Positions 39,678-49,531 of a stretch of 64,000 nucleotides of DNA are shown in pieces. The position numbers were made by a program, and so were the translations under genes. Under the pieces are notes generated by a model. It searched no databases. It had not been told where the DNA came from and was given only the letters and a program-made list of their open reading frames with translations. Source of the stretch: an uncultured bacterium (GTDB taxonomy: Bacteria; Verrucomicrobiota; Verrucomicrobiia; Limisphaerales; UBA8199); the NCBI GenBank assembly GCA_963749495.1, contig CAVVMW010000001.1:224001-288000 (forward strand), read 5' to 3'. The number at the start of each line of letters is the position of its first letter. Position 1 is the stretch's first letter.

Positions 39678-40919
39678 ATGCTCTTCCCCGCCTGCCCCCC
39701 ACCATCCTCCCCGCCGCGCATCGTCGTCACCGGCGCGGGGATCGTCACCGCTCTTGGGATCGGATGGAAACGGAATGCGGAAGGATTCCGGGCGGGGAAG
39801 AGCGCATTTCGTCATGTTTCGTTGTTTGATGTCAGCCGCCAGCGGGTGAAAACTGCCGCAGAGGTGGATTTGCCGGCGGCACTCCCGCCGAGCCGCCTGA
39901 GTTCACACCAGGTTGCCCGACTGGACCGCGCCGGCGCAATGCTCTTGCTGGCAGCGCATGAAGCGTGGCAGCAAGCCCATTGGCAGTCGGTCGATGATCT
40001 GGCGCTGGTTCTTGGCACAACAGCGGGAGGCATGTCGCTCGGAGAAGCATATTTTCGCCAGGCAACGCAATCGCCATGCCATCATCGCCGGCAACCCAGC
40101 CGGGCCATTCACTATCAGCCGCAGGTCCAAGCGCGAACGGTGCTGGATGCTCTTGGGGTCAACGGGGCGGTTACAATCATCTCGAATGCCTGCGCCTCGG
40201 GCAGCAACGCCATCGGCCACGCCTGGGAACTGATTCGTCGCGGCCAAACGCAGTGCGTCCTGGCTGGCGGTTATGACGCGCTCAGTGAACTTGTGTTTTC
40301 GGGCTTCGCTGCCCTCCAATCGCTCTCACCCACTGTCTGCCGTCCGTTCGATGCCCGGCGAGATGGCTTGGCCCTTGGTGAAGGTGCGGCGGTGCTCGCT
40401 CTGGAAACCCTTGAGCGCGCGAGCCGGCGAGACGCGGCCATCCTGGGAGAACTCATCGGATACGGCACGTCCATTGACCAGCACCACCTCACTCAGCCGC
40501 ACCCGCACGGGGATACTGCGCTCGCGGTCATGAGGCAGGCCTGTGCGACTGCGGGAGTGACACCCGAGGACATTGACTACATCAACGCTCATGGCACCGG
40601 CACGCCGCTCAACGACATCTCGGAAGCCATTGCCATCAGTCACTGGGCTGGCGGCCGCGCCGCGACGTTGCCGGTCAGTTCCATCAAAGCCGGCATCGGA
40701 CACCTCCTTGGAGGCGCCGGCGCCGCCGGGGCGGTGGTTTGCCTGATGGCCTTGCGCGAACAGTGGCTGCCGGCACAAGCGGCGTTCGAGACCCCCGACC
40801 CTGTCTGCAGCTTCCCCATTGTGCACCAACCGCGAGACGCACGGGTGAATGCAGTGCTGACTAACGCCTTTGGTTTCGGCGGCGTCAATGCGACTCTGAT
40901 TTTGCGGAGGTGGGCATGA
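39678..40919 (+). CDS. fabF: beta-ketoacyl-ACP synthase (FabF-like KS)
   Basis: NACASG, HGTGT, GHLLG catalytic triad. Confidence 0.92.
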   Translation: MLFPACPPPSSPPRIVVTGAGIVTALGIGWKRNAEGFRAGKSAFRHVSLFDVSRQRVKTAAEVDLPAALPPSRLSSHQVARLDRAGAMLLLAAHEAWQQAHWQSVDDLALVLGTTAGGMSLGEAYFRQATQSPCHHRRQPSRAIHYQPQVQARTVLDALGVNGAVTIISNACASGSNAIGHAWELIRRGQTQCVLAGGYDALSELVFSGFAALQSLSPTVCRPFDARRDGLALGEGAAVLALETLERASRRDAAILGELIGYGTSIDQHHLTQPHPHGDTALAVMRQACATAGVTPEDIDYINAHGTGTPLNDISEAIAISHWAGGRAATLPVSSIKAGIGHLLGGAGAAGAVVCLMALREQWLPAQAAFETPDPVCSFPIVHQPRDARVNAVLTNAFGFGGVNATLILRRWA

Positions 40920-41992
40920 GCCGCGTTCTCATTGCGGGGTTGGGCGCGGTCTCGCCCGCAGGTTGGGGAGTCTCGGCCCTGTGTGAGGCCCTGAAGAATA
41001 CCAAGCCCCTGCCGATTCAGCGGCTCCAGCGGCCGGGCTGGGAGAAACCCCTCAAGGTCCGCCTGGTACCCCATCTGGCTGTGCGTCCGGCATTTCTTGC
41101 GCATCCACGCCTGCGGCGTACCAGCCCGATCACACACTATGCCACGGCAGTCGCACTCGAGGCCGCCGCCGGGCTGGGGGCGAGGAAGGACAGCCGGCGC
41201 TGGCTGGGGCTGATAGTCTGCCTCCAAGCCGGCTGCGTGAATTATTCCCGGCGGTTTCTTGGCGAGGCCCTGGAAGATCCCAGAACGGCCAGTCCGCTCC
41301 TGTTTCCCGAAACCGTTTATGCCGGCCCGGCAAGTCACGTCGCGGCGCTGTTGGGAAATGTCTCGATTTCATATACCCTCGTTGGGGACCCGGCCTGCTT
41401 CCTGCAAGGAGTATTCATCGGCGCCCAGTGGCTCGGCCAGAATCGAGTGGACGCCTGCATCATCATTGGGTCTGAGGAAACCGATTGGATACTGGCGGAC
41501 GCGCTCTGGCACCTTGATCGTCCCGCCGTTCTCACGGGGGGCGCCGGGGCCTTATGCCTGTGCGGTGATTTGGAGATGTTCACTGGCGCCGAGTTGGCAG
41601 CCATCACCGATCCTCACACATATTCTGCATCCAATGACCGGGTGCGAGCGGCCCGGGCCATGCGCAGCCAACTCGGGGCGGGTGGCCCCACGGAACTCCT
41701 CTGCGATGGCCTCGGGGACAGCCCTCGCACGGACGCTGCCGAACGTGCCGCATGGCACAATTGGCCTGGAGTACGGTCCAGCCCCAGGAGTCTTCTTGGC
41801 GAAGGTCTCATGGCAGGCGCTGCCTGGCAGTGCGTTGTTGCCTGCGAGGCAGTCGCAAGCGGACGATTCACCGCCGCCAACGTCAGCCTCGTAGGCTCCA
41901 ATCAACAGGCGATTGGAGCGCGCTTTGTGCGCACACCTTCCGGCACAGCGGATTTGCCAGCGTGCAGCTCAACGCCCGGCACCTCATTATGA
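40916..41992 (+). CDS. KS-like chain-length factor (non-catalytic)
   Basis: GAVSPAGWG, SPLLFPETV; lacks a canonical KS triad. Confidence 0.75.
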   Translation: MSRVLIAGLGAVSPAGWGVSALCEALKNTKPLPIQRLQRPGWEKPLKVRLVPHLAVRPAFLAHPRLRRTSPITHYATAVALEAAAGLGARKDSRRWLGLIVCLQAGCVNYSRRFLGEALEDPRTASPLLFPETVYAGPASHVAALLGNVSISYTLVGDPACFLQGVFIGAQWLGQNRVDACIIIGSEETDWILADALWHLDRPAVLTGGAGALCLCGDLEMFTGAELAAITDPHTYSASNDRVRAARAMRSQLGAGGPTELLCDGLGDSPRTDAAERAAWHNWPGVRSSPRSLLGEGLMAGAAWQCVVACEAVASGRFTAANVSLVGSNQQAIGARFVRTPSGTADLPACSSTPGTSL

Positions 41993-42720
41993 ACCTTCGC
42001 GTCATCCTGATCACCGGCGCCAATGGCAGCTTGGGTCAAGCCATAGCACGTGCTTTTCTGGCGGAGAGCGCGAATAATTCGGTCTGGCTCGGTGTGCATT
42101 CGCGCCGCGAGCGCGCCGAGGAACTCGCCGGGCAGAATCCCGGCCGTTGCCGCAGCCTTTTATTGGATGTTACTTCACGCGAATCCTGGCAGCAGGCGGT
42201 GACCCAAGTGCTCGCGGTCGATGCTCGGTTGGATGTCCTGGTGAACAACGCTGGCAAGCATAAAGATGCCCTGCTTGGCATGATGCCCATTGAGACCTGG
42301 CAGACGGTGCGCGAAACTAACCTGGACGGCGTGTTCCACGGTTGCCAAGCCGTGCTGCCAACCATGATCCGCCAGCGAACCGGCCGCATCGTGAATCTCG
42401 CTTCCCTGAGCGCTTTGCTGTCTCCGGCGGGTCAGACCAATTATGCCGCCGCCAAAGCCGGTGTGGTTGCCCTCACCCAATCTTTGGCCAAAGAGGTTGC
42501 CCGTCTCAACATCACCGTCAACGCGATCTGCCCTGGCTTTGTCGAAACCGAAGCGCTGGCGGCTTTGACTGCCGAAGAGCGGGCAGCGGCGGAAGCGCGA
42601 GTTCCGATGCGCCGCTTTGGTCGGCCGGAGGAAGTGGCGGCGGCGGTGCGCTTCCTGGCTTCCGCCGAGGCCAGCTATATTACCGGCTCTGTGCTCAAAG
42701 TGGATGGAGGCATCTTGTGA
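41989..42720 (+). CDS. fabG: 3-oxoacyl-ACP reductase
   Basis: TGANGSLG, NNAG, GQTNYAAAK, PMRRFG, VDGG. Confidence 0.92.
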   Translation: MNLRVILITGANGSLGQAIARAFLAESANNSVWLGVHSRRERAEELAGQNPGRCRSLLLDVTSRESWQQAVTQVLAVDARLDVLVNNAGKHKDALLGMMPIETWQTVRETNLDGVFHGCQAVLPTMIRQRTGRIVNLASLSALLSPAGQTNYAAAKAGVVALTQSLAKEVARLNITVNAICPGFVETEALAALTAEERAAAEARVPMRRFGRPEEVAAAVRFLASAEASYITGSVLKVDGGIL

Positions 42721-42965
42721 TCGGCCATCTTCTGCTGGACGGCTTCCGTAATCGTGTTGACGTTCCGGAATATCTCCTTGGCCGCCTCCGGGTCGCGGAT
42801 TTTCAAGCCAAAGTGCTTGTCCAAGGCCAGGACGAGTTGCAGCGCATTAACGGAGTCCAGACCTAAGCCCCCAGGACCGAACAGCGGCAGGTCATCGGCG
42901 ATTTCCGCCGGACTCATCTGGAGCATAAGGCTCTCGATTATCACGCCCTTAATTCGTTCTTTCAT
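42675..42965 (-). CDS. acyl carrier protein
   Basis: LFGPGGLGLDSV motif; converges on fabG. Confidence 0.88.
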   Translation of the reverse strand: MKERIKGVIIESLMLQMSPAEIADDLPLFGPGGLGLDSVNALQLVLALDKHFGLKIRDPEAAKEIFRNVNTITEAVQQKMADHKMPPSTLSTEPVI

Positions 42966-43159
42966 ACCGTTTTCGGCTTCCAGGCTGCAGTATATCCTGC
43001 CGGCCGGTGGATTTTGTGCTGCAATGGGTTTTAGAGCAAGCCGGAAATCGGGCCGGAAATCAGATGATCAGATCGCAGTTGGGTGCAAATCAGGCGCAGG
43101 CCGATCACCGGAAGCCCGAGCGTGATGGCTTCCCGGAGGATGCAGTCGTTGATAATCAA

Positions 43160-43235
43160 TGGTAGCGCGTACGGGAATCGAACCCGTCTTTCAGCCTTGA
43201 GAGGGCCGTGTCCTGAACCGATAGACGAACGCGCC
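43160..43235 (-). tRNA. tRNA-Glu(CTC)
   Basis: Reverse complement GGCGCGT..CGGCC-CTCTCAA-GGCTG..GGTTCGATTCC..ACGCGCT-A-CCA. Confidence 0.95.
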
Positions 43236-43290
43236 GAGTTGCGACTGCAAAAGATGCTAGCCGTTGCGGCCGAATTGTCAATCTCCCAGA

Positions 43291-43322
43291 AAAAGAAAGC
43301 CGCCCTTGCGGGCGGCTTTTTG
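43291..43322. terminator. intrinsic terminator (bidirectional shape)
   Basis: AAAAGAAAGCCGCCC-TTGC-GGGCGGCTTTTT just 3' of the PEP-CTERM gene. Confidence 0.85.
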
Positions 43323-43347
43323 AAGGGGAAAAGCTGCAGGGCCTATA

Positions 43348-43978
43348 TTACTTCCGGCGGCGGAAGATCAACAGGGCGGCAGCGCCGAGGCCGGCCAGCG
43401 CGAAGGTGCTGGGCTCGGGAACGGAGGTCATGATCAAGTCACTGCCAACGTCGTTCCAGCCAGTAATGCCCGGCGGCGTGGGAACCGGCGGCACGCTGTA
43501 GTCGGCAGGTACTGTTCACGAAGGCGATTACACCAGCACGGGTATTCGCATCAGAACTGCCGAGCATCGCGCTAAAACTCGCAGCACTGGTATTCCACAT
43601 GGCGAGACCAACGACGACCTTACTGCCGGCGGGAGTGACATCAGGCATGTCCACCTCGCCGAGTGAGATGACGCCTTGGTTAGCTACCGTAATCGTCCCA
43701 GCGAGGGTCTTCTCGAGCTTGAACCCGGCGCCGACCAGGGCATTGTAGGCAGCTACGCCCGAGCCCGGACCAGCGGCAACGTTGATCCCAGCCGGAACGG
43801 CGGTCACACCGCTGAGTTCATACACTTCCAGGCCGTACACGCCGGAGTACCAGTTGCCAGCTTTGTCAAAAGCCACGCCATTGTTGAGGCTAGAGTTGTC
43901 CAGATTGATGGATCCTTGGGCGAATGCGCCCAGGGCGAACGCGAAGGCCGCAATGCCTGTGAGTACTAGTCTTTTCAT
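43348..43978 (-). CDS. PEP-CTERM sorting-domain protein (frameshift near 43508)
   Basis: Signal peptide; shifted frame ends VPEPSTFALAGLGAAALLIFRRRK*. Confidence 0.88.
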
Positions 43979-44053
43979 AGTTCGGTTTAGTCTTGTTCTA
44001 ATTAGTGGTATTTGTCGTTTATCGTTTGTTCTTGGCGTTTCCTTTGGTTCGGT

Positions 44054-44749
44054 TTATTGAACGGTGAAATAGTTGCTCCAAACGCCGCCCGCCTGGCTGT
44101 TCAGCCAGAAGCCTTCGCCGACTGCGATGCTGGGCTCAGCAGGGGTCCAAGCGAGCACGCCGGTCTTGCTTTTGGTGAAGCTGTTAATCACATATTTGCC
44201 CTGAGTGATGCTCCACTGATAGACCTGGTCGCCCACCTGCGGGTTGCTGTAGCCCAGGACGGTCTGCAGGCCGCCCGCGAGGGGGATCATCGAGGACACG
44301 AGGCTGTAACCGCCGGCGGCAGGCACGTGCGTGTTCACGAGCGCACCCTGATCGACCTGGCCGACCGTGGTCAGGTTCGAGGACGTGCCGGTGAGGCCGC
44401 CGGTGGGGACATTCACCCAGGCGCCTTCACCCGGAGCCAGCGTGTTGGTGGCATTCCATGCAACCACGCCGGTCTTGCTCTTGGCGAGGCTGGCGATGTT
44501 GTACTTCGTGCCGCTCCACGTATAGACCGTGGTGCCCACGGGGACGGTGTTCGTCCCGAGGACATTGACTGTCGTATTGTTCGTGCCAGTCCCATCGAAG
44601 TCGAGTTGGTTGGCAATCAGTTGGAATCCCTCGATGAGAGGGATGTTGACGTATCCGACAACGTTTAGCGAGTAAACGTTTTGCGCCATCGATGTGAAGG
44701 CGCTGGCCGCGGCGAGAGCCGCAGCACAGATTAGTACTTTTGTTCTCAT
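44054..44749 (-). CDS. secreted beta-rich protein, 'VYSLNVVGYVN' family
   Basis: Signal peptide; two internal repeats ending PGEGAW / VGEGFW. Confidence 0.8.
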   Translation of the reverse strand: MRTKVLICAAALAAASAFTSMAQNVYSLNVVGYVNIPLIEGFQLIANQLDFDGTGTNNTTVNVLGTNTVPVGTTVYTWSGTKYNIASLAKSKTGVVAWNATNTLAPGEGAWVNVPTGGLTGTSSNLTTVGQVDQGALVNTHVPAAGGYSLVSSMIPLAGGLQTVLGYSNPQVGDQVYQWSITQGKYVINSFTKSKTGVLAWTPAEPSIAVGEGFWLNSQAGGVWSNYFTVQ

Positions 44750-44991
44750 ACTGTTTGTAGTTTGTGTGCTACCGTGTGTGCCCGCACTATCTCAGAATAG
44801 GAATGGGGTGTCAACACTTTTTTGAACTTTTTTTGAACGTTTTTTCGACCTCGATTCGTTGAAAAACAAGGCCGCCGACTGTTCTCGTAAGTGGCTTGTA
44901 CACAATTGCTTGTGACGGGTGCGTTGCCTTCGCATCCCAGAGGTGGGGGGGTCTGGGGTATCAACCCCATAGGGGCCGAAGGCCCGTCATG

Positions 44992-46629
44992 TCACCTCCC
45001 GGGCGCGGGCGGCGGGGGGGCGGGCGCCGGGCGGGCATCGGGGGCGGGGGCGGCGAGGGTGTGGAGGCTGTGCGGGAATTTCGGTGATTCGAGCCAGTCG
45101 GCCAGCAGGTGCAGTTCGAGGGCGGTGAAGCCGACGCTGGACCTGCGCTTGAGCGAGAACTGGGCGGGTCCGGTTTGGGTGACTTCGGTTACGGAAGGCC
45201 AGAGCTTGGGTCCGGCCGCTATGAGCCAAGTCATGGCGGCGGAGGCCGGGGGCAATTCGGCCGTTCCTGTGACCAGGCGGATGGTCTGTCCGATGCGGAG
45301 CCAATTCTGAACGCGCGGGCCTGTGAGTTCCCAACTGTAAGCCACGAGGCCCTGCTGGTCTTGGAGCCGTTTGACCAGGTCCGCGGGAAGGGGGCGGCTG
45401 GCATTGGTGCCGGTGGCAGGAAACAGGCCGGCAAAGACGTAGCTCCTGCCCTCAGCCGTAATGGACTGGAGGAAGGGATAGATATAGGGGAGACCCTTCC
45501 AATCGAGGCCGTTGAACTCCTTTGCCTTCTGGAACCTGGCCAGGGGATTGCCGGCGAACCAGAGGTTGCACTTGGGCAGGAGCAGGTCCGTCAGCCGGGC
45601 GACCTGGTTGCTGGCGTCGGGCTGGGGCGCAGCGAAGAAGCTGAGCACCGGCAGGCCCTGGAGGGCCCAAAAAAAGACCTGGTCTGGCGGACTGCCGGCC
45701 TGGAGGCCCTTCCAGGCCCTGAGGGAGGCCAGCCACGGCCCAAGGCCCCGGACGGCGGTGAAACTGCTGACCTGGCCGGCGATGAGCGGGGCCGGGAACT
45801 GCCAGGGGTCGAGCTTGAGCTCCAGCGGTTTGGCGAAGTCGAGTTGGGCGTGTGTGAGGACGGTGGCGCCGTCGCCACTGGCCGAAAGGGAGGCCGAGGC
45901 GAGGTCCTCCGCCAGTGGGCAATCGAGGGCGAGCGCGGCTGCCAGTTGCCGGGGGTTGAACTGGGCCTCGAGCCAGCCGTTTGTGGGGGAGGCTCGGAAC
46001 GGCGTGCCTTCGCGCCCGATGCGCGCGGCGAACTCGTCCAGCAGGGGGCTCTGGTCTGAGGCCAGGCCCAGGAGCGTCCAGTCACCGGCGCGCGTGAGCC
46101 AGAGATGAATGTTCGCGCGCGATGCGCGATCGGTGACGGTCAATTGCCAGGCAATGGCGTGGTCCTGGGCGGAGGCGGGATGCGCGCCGGCGAGGGCCTG
46201 GAGCGCGGCGCTGACATTGGTTTGCCATAGGGCGGCGCGCTGGGGGTCGAGGCGGATGGCCAGGGCCAACTCACACGGCGGGGCGCCGGCCTGGCGTACC
46301 TCCAGATAAGACTCCCGGCAAAGCAGGTCCTCCAGCATAGGCCGGAGCAGGGCGCTGGAGGGCCGGGCGCCCGCGGTTTGAGTTGCGGCGGACCAACAGG
46401 CCAGCGCGCCCGCCAGCTTGTCCAGCGTCTGGGCCTCGAGTCTTGCGCTCTCGGCCAGGTTCCAAAGCGCCATCAGGCCGGCCGCATTGGTCTGGGCGGC
46501 CAGGCCCTGCTTGCCCAACCAATGGAGCCGGGCGACCGTTTGGTCTGCGGGCGCCGCAGGCACGCTTTCGCAGCCGAGGCCGGCCGCCACGGCTGCCAAC
46601 AGTCCGAGCACGACAGTTCTGGTGCACAT
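44992..46629 (-). CDS. hypothetical exported protein
   Basis: Long ORF with signal/lipobox-like N-terminus. Confidence 0.65.
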   Translation of the reverse strand: MCTRTVVLGLLAAVAAGLGCESVPAAPADQTVARLHWLGKQGLAAQTNAAGLMALWNLAESARLEAQTLDKLAGALACWSAATQTAGARPSSALLRPMLEDLLCRESYLEVRQAGAPPCELALAIRLDPQRAALWQTNVSAALQALAGAHPASAQDHAIAWQLTVTDRASRANIHLWLTRAGDWTLLGLASDQSPLLDEFAARIGREGTPFRASPTNGWLEAQFNPRQLAAALALDCPLAEDLASASLSASGDGATVLTHAQLDFAKPLELKLDPWQFPAPLIAGQVSSFTAVRGLGPWLASLRAWKGLQAGSPPDQVFFWALQGLPVLSFFAAPQPDASNQVARLTDLLLPKCNLWFAGNPLARFQKAKEFNGLDWKGLPYIYPFLQSITAEGRSYVFAGLFPATGTNASRPLPADLVKRLQDQQGLVAYSWELTGPRVQNWLRIGQTIRLVTGTAELPPASAAMTWLIAAGPKLWPSVTEVTQTGPAQFSLKRRSSVGFTALELHLLADWLESPKFPHSLHTLAAPAPDARPAPAPPPPAPGR

Positions 46630-46773
46630 AGCGCGCAGGCTTGTACAAAAAAGCGCGCCGCGGCGCAAACCCAATCGCAGCGGCAAAACGCCCCGGAGGC
46701 AGAATCATTGTTGGCAAAATCATTTTTCAGAAGGGCAAGCGCGCGGGGCCACCTCGACACTCGAAACTCCGAA

Positions 46774-46797
46774 ACGTGAAACGTGAAACGTGAAACG
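46774..46797. repeat. heptamer tandem (AACGTGA)x~3.5
   Basis: Reverse complement of the 9917 array. Confidence 0.8.
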
Positions 46798-46909
46798 CGC
46801 GGGCTGCAGGATTCCGTCGGCGATCGAGCCACGGGCCGCCAGGCTCGGCCCTCGTCCCGTCCGAAAGTTTGCGCTGGCGCGGGGGCGGGCGGGGCGGCAG
46901 AATGGCACA

Positions 46910-49438
46910 ATGCTGGTTTTTGCGCTGACGATATTCACGGGGGCGTTCCTGTTGTTCCAGGTGCAGCCGCTGATCGCCAAGTATATCCTGCCTTGGTTTG
47001 GCGGCGGGCCCGGTGTCTGGACCACGTGCATGCTCTTCTTCCAGGTGGTGCTGCTGGGCGGCTATGCCTACGCGCACGTTACTTCCCGGTGGTTGAAACC
47101 CCGCGCGCAGGCGCTTGTCCACCTGGTCCTGCTGGCCGCCGCCCTGGCCCTGCTGCCCATCACCCCGGCCGATGCTTGGAAACCGAGCGGCCCCGAACAC
47201 CCCGCCACGCGCATCCTCCTGCTGCTGGCTGCCAGCCTCGGCCTGCCCTATTTCGTGCTCTCCTCCACCGGCCCGCTCATGCAGCATTGGTTCAGCCTCT
47301 CCAAACCGGGCCGTTCCCCCTACCGGCTTTACGCCCTCTCGAACGCGGGCTCGCTCCTGGCGCTGCTGAGCTACCCGCTGTTCTTCGAAACCCACTTTGT
47401 CCGCAAAACGCAGGCCGCGCTCTGGAGCTGCGGCCTGGTCCTCTTCGTGCTCCTCTGCGCCGGCTGCGCCCTGGCGGTGTGGAGGGCGAAAAAAGCAGTC
47501 CACAGTCCAGAGTCCACAGTCCACAGTCCAGAGTCCACAGTCCACAGTCCAGAGTCCACAGTCCACAGTCCAGAGTCCACAGTCCAGAGTTCAGAGTCCA
47601 CAGGCCACAGTCCACAGTCCACGGTCCACAGTCCACAGTCCACGGTCCACAGTCCACAGTCCACGGTCCATCCACCCTCCGTAGCAGAGCTACTGCGGAG
47701 GACGGGCAGTCCAGAGTTCAGAGTTCAGAGTCCACAGTCCACATATCTTCTCTGGTTGCTCCTGCCGGCGTGCGCCTCGCTGATGCTGCTGGCGTTGACC
47801 AACAAGATGTGCCAGGACGTGGCGGTGATGCCCTTCCTGTGGGTGTTGCCGCTCTCCATTTATTTGCTGAGTTTCATTATCTGCTTTGATAGCCCGCGCT
47901 GGTATGAGCGGGTGCCGTTCCGGTTGCTGCTGGTCGGGGCGCTGGGGGCGTTGTATTGGGCGATTCCCAAGGGCAACGAGACGCCGCTGGCGTTGCTGCT
48001 GGCGGTCTATTCGGCGGCGCTGTTCATCTGCTGCATGGTATGTCATGGAGAGCTGTACCGGCTCAAACCGGAGCCGGAGCGGTTGACGACGTTTTACTTG
48101 ATGATAGCGGCTGGCGGGGCGCTGGGGGGAGTGCTGGTGGCGGTGGTGGCGCCGATGGTCTTTAGTGATTACTTCGAATTGCAGTGGGGGGCAGTGGGGT
48201 GCGGGGTGCTGGCCCTGGCGGCGTGGGCGCGGGACCGAAGGCCGGAGGGCGTGAGACAATGCCGTTGGCTGGCGTGGGTGCTGCCTCTGGTGGTGCTGCT
48301 GGCGGTGGACCGGCTGCTGGCCTGGCTGGGCGCGCGTTGGGGCGAGGGCCTGAGGACCGGGTTGGTGGTGGCGCGGATTGCAGTGGGGGCGTTTTTGCTG
48401 CACCTGGCTTACCTTGGCCTTGAGAGCCGGGCGCTGGAGCGGCCTGGGGCGCGGCTGTGGCCGGCTTTGGTGCTGGCATTTGTGCCCTGGGCGGGGAGGA
48501 ATCGCTTCAGCCAGTACGAGCATTGGCCGCGCCTGGCGTGCGGGTGGCTGGCGGCGGGCCTGGCGGCGCTGGGCGTCGGGCTGTGGCTGCAGGCGCACCA
48601 CCTCGGCAACCTGGTAGTCGAAAGGACGCGCAACTTTTATGGCGTGCTGACCATCATCGAGCCTTCCCGGGACGACCCGGTGCACCATCATCGCCAGTTG
48701 TTGCACGGGCAGATTCTGCACGGGCTGCAGATGGTTGACCCGGTTGGGGCGACCTGGCCGACGGCTTATTTCATCGAAAAGAGCGGGGTCGGGCTGGCGA
48801 TGCGGGCCTTGCCCAAGGCGGGTCGGCGCGTGGGCGTGGCGGGCCTGGGCATCGGCACGCTGGCGGCCTACGCGCGCAGCAACGACTATTTCTGCTTTTA
48901 TGAGATCAATCCCGAGGCCCTGCGGATGGCCGAATCGGGGTTCACTTATCTCAATCATTGCCGCGCCCCCTGGCGCTGCAAACTGGGAGACGCGCGGCTG
49001 GTGCTTGAGCAGGAGCCACCCCAGCAGTATGACCTGCTCGCCCTGGATGCCTTTGCGGGCGACTCGCCCCCCGTGCACCTGCTCACGCAGGAGGCCTTCC
49101 AGTGTTACCAGCGCCACCTCAAGACCAATGGCATCATCGCCGTCAATATCTCCAACAGCTACCTGGACCTCGAGTCGGTTGTCACCAATGCCGCCCGCCA
49201 GCTCGGCTTCGACTTCGCCGTGATCGAGGCAAATCCCTCGGACCCGGCGGTCGCCCAGTCCAGTCCCACCGGCGAGACCTGGTGGATGATGTCCTCGACC
49301 TGGGTGCTGCTCTCGCACGACCGCGAGTTCCTCGATACCCCGTCCATCCGCCAGGCCGCCAGGCCCGCCCACGTCCCGCCCGGCAAAGTCCGCCTCTGGA
49401 CCGACGACTTCACCAGCCTGTTCCAGGTGATGAAATGA
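46910..49438 (+). CDS. fused membrane/spermidine-synthase-like methyltransferase, copy 1
   Basis: FLLFQVQP, PYRLYALSN, CHGEL, RNFYG, LLHG..LHG.Q, GLGIGT, YEINP, GDAR, LDAF, WTDD. Confidence 0.88.
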   Translation: MLVFALTIFTGAFLLFQVQPLIAKYILPWFGGGPGVWTTCMLFFQVVLLGGYAYAHVTSRWLKPRAQALVHLVLLAAALALLPITPADAWKPSGPEHPATRILLLLAASLGLPYFVLSSTGPLMQHWFSLSKPGRSPYRLYALSNAGSLLALLSYPLFFETHFVRKTQAALWSCGLVLFVLLCAGCALAVWRAKKAVHSPESTVHSPESTVHSPESTVHSPESTVQSSESTGHSPQSTVHSPQSTVHSPQSTVHPPSVAELLRRTGSPEFRVQSPQSTYLLWLLLPACASLMLLALTNKMCQDVAVMPFLWVLPLSIYLLSFIICFDSPRWYERVPFRLLLVGALGALYWAIPKGNETPLALLLAVYSAALFICCMVCHGELYRLKPEPERLTTFYLMIAAGGALGGVLVAVVAPMVFSDYFELQWGAVGCGVLALAAWARDRRPEGVRQCRWLAWVLPLVVLLAVDRLLAWLGARWGEGLRTGLVVARIAVGAFLLHLAYLGLESRALERPGARLWPALVLAFVPWAGRNRFSQYEHWPRLACGWLAAGLAALGVGLWLQAHHLGNLVVERTRNFYGVLTIIEPSRDDPVHHHRQLLHGQILHGLQMVDPVGATWPTAYFIEKSGVGLAMRALPKAGRRVGVAGLGIGTLAAYARSNDYFCFYEINPEALRMAESGFTYLNHCRAPWRCKLGDARLVLEQEPPQQYDLLALDAFAGDSPPVHLLTQEAFQCYQRHLKTNGIIAVNISNSYLDLESVVTNAARQLGFDFAVIEANPSDPAVAQSSPTGETWWMMSSTWVLLSHDREFLDTPSIRQAARPAHVPPGKVRLWTDDFTSLFQVMK
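47497..47743. repeat. in-frame (AGTCCAC/AGTCCAG) array with nested palindrome
   Basis: About 30 heptamers plus an approximately 36-nt hairpin CCTCCGTAGCAGAGCTACTGCGGAGG at 47671-47707. Confidence 0.95.
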
Positions 49439-49531
49439 CAGATGTCGTTGGGCTCGGGGCGCTCGACACTCGACACTCCTGTCTGGCAGTTTGCGCTGGC
49501 GCGGGGGCGGGCAGGCCGGCAGAATGGCACG

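Noticed and set aside
43083..43433. ORF containing 'GSAYGNRTRLSALRG'
   Set aside because: Antisense translation of tRNA-Glu.
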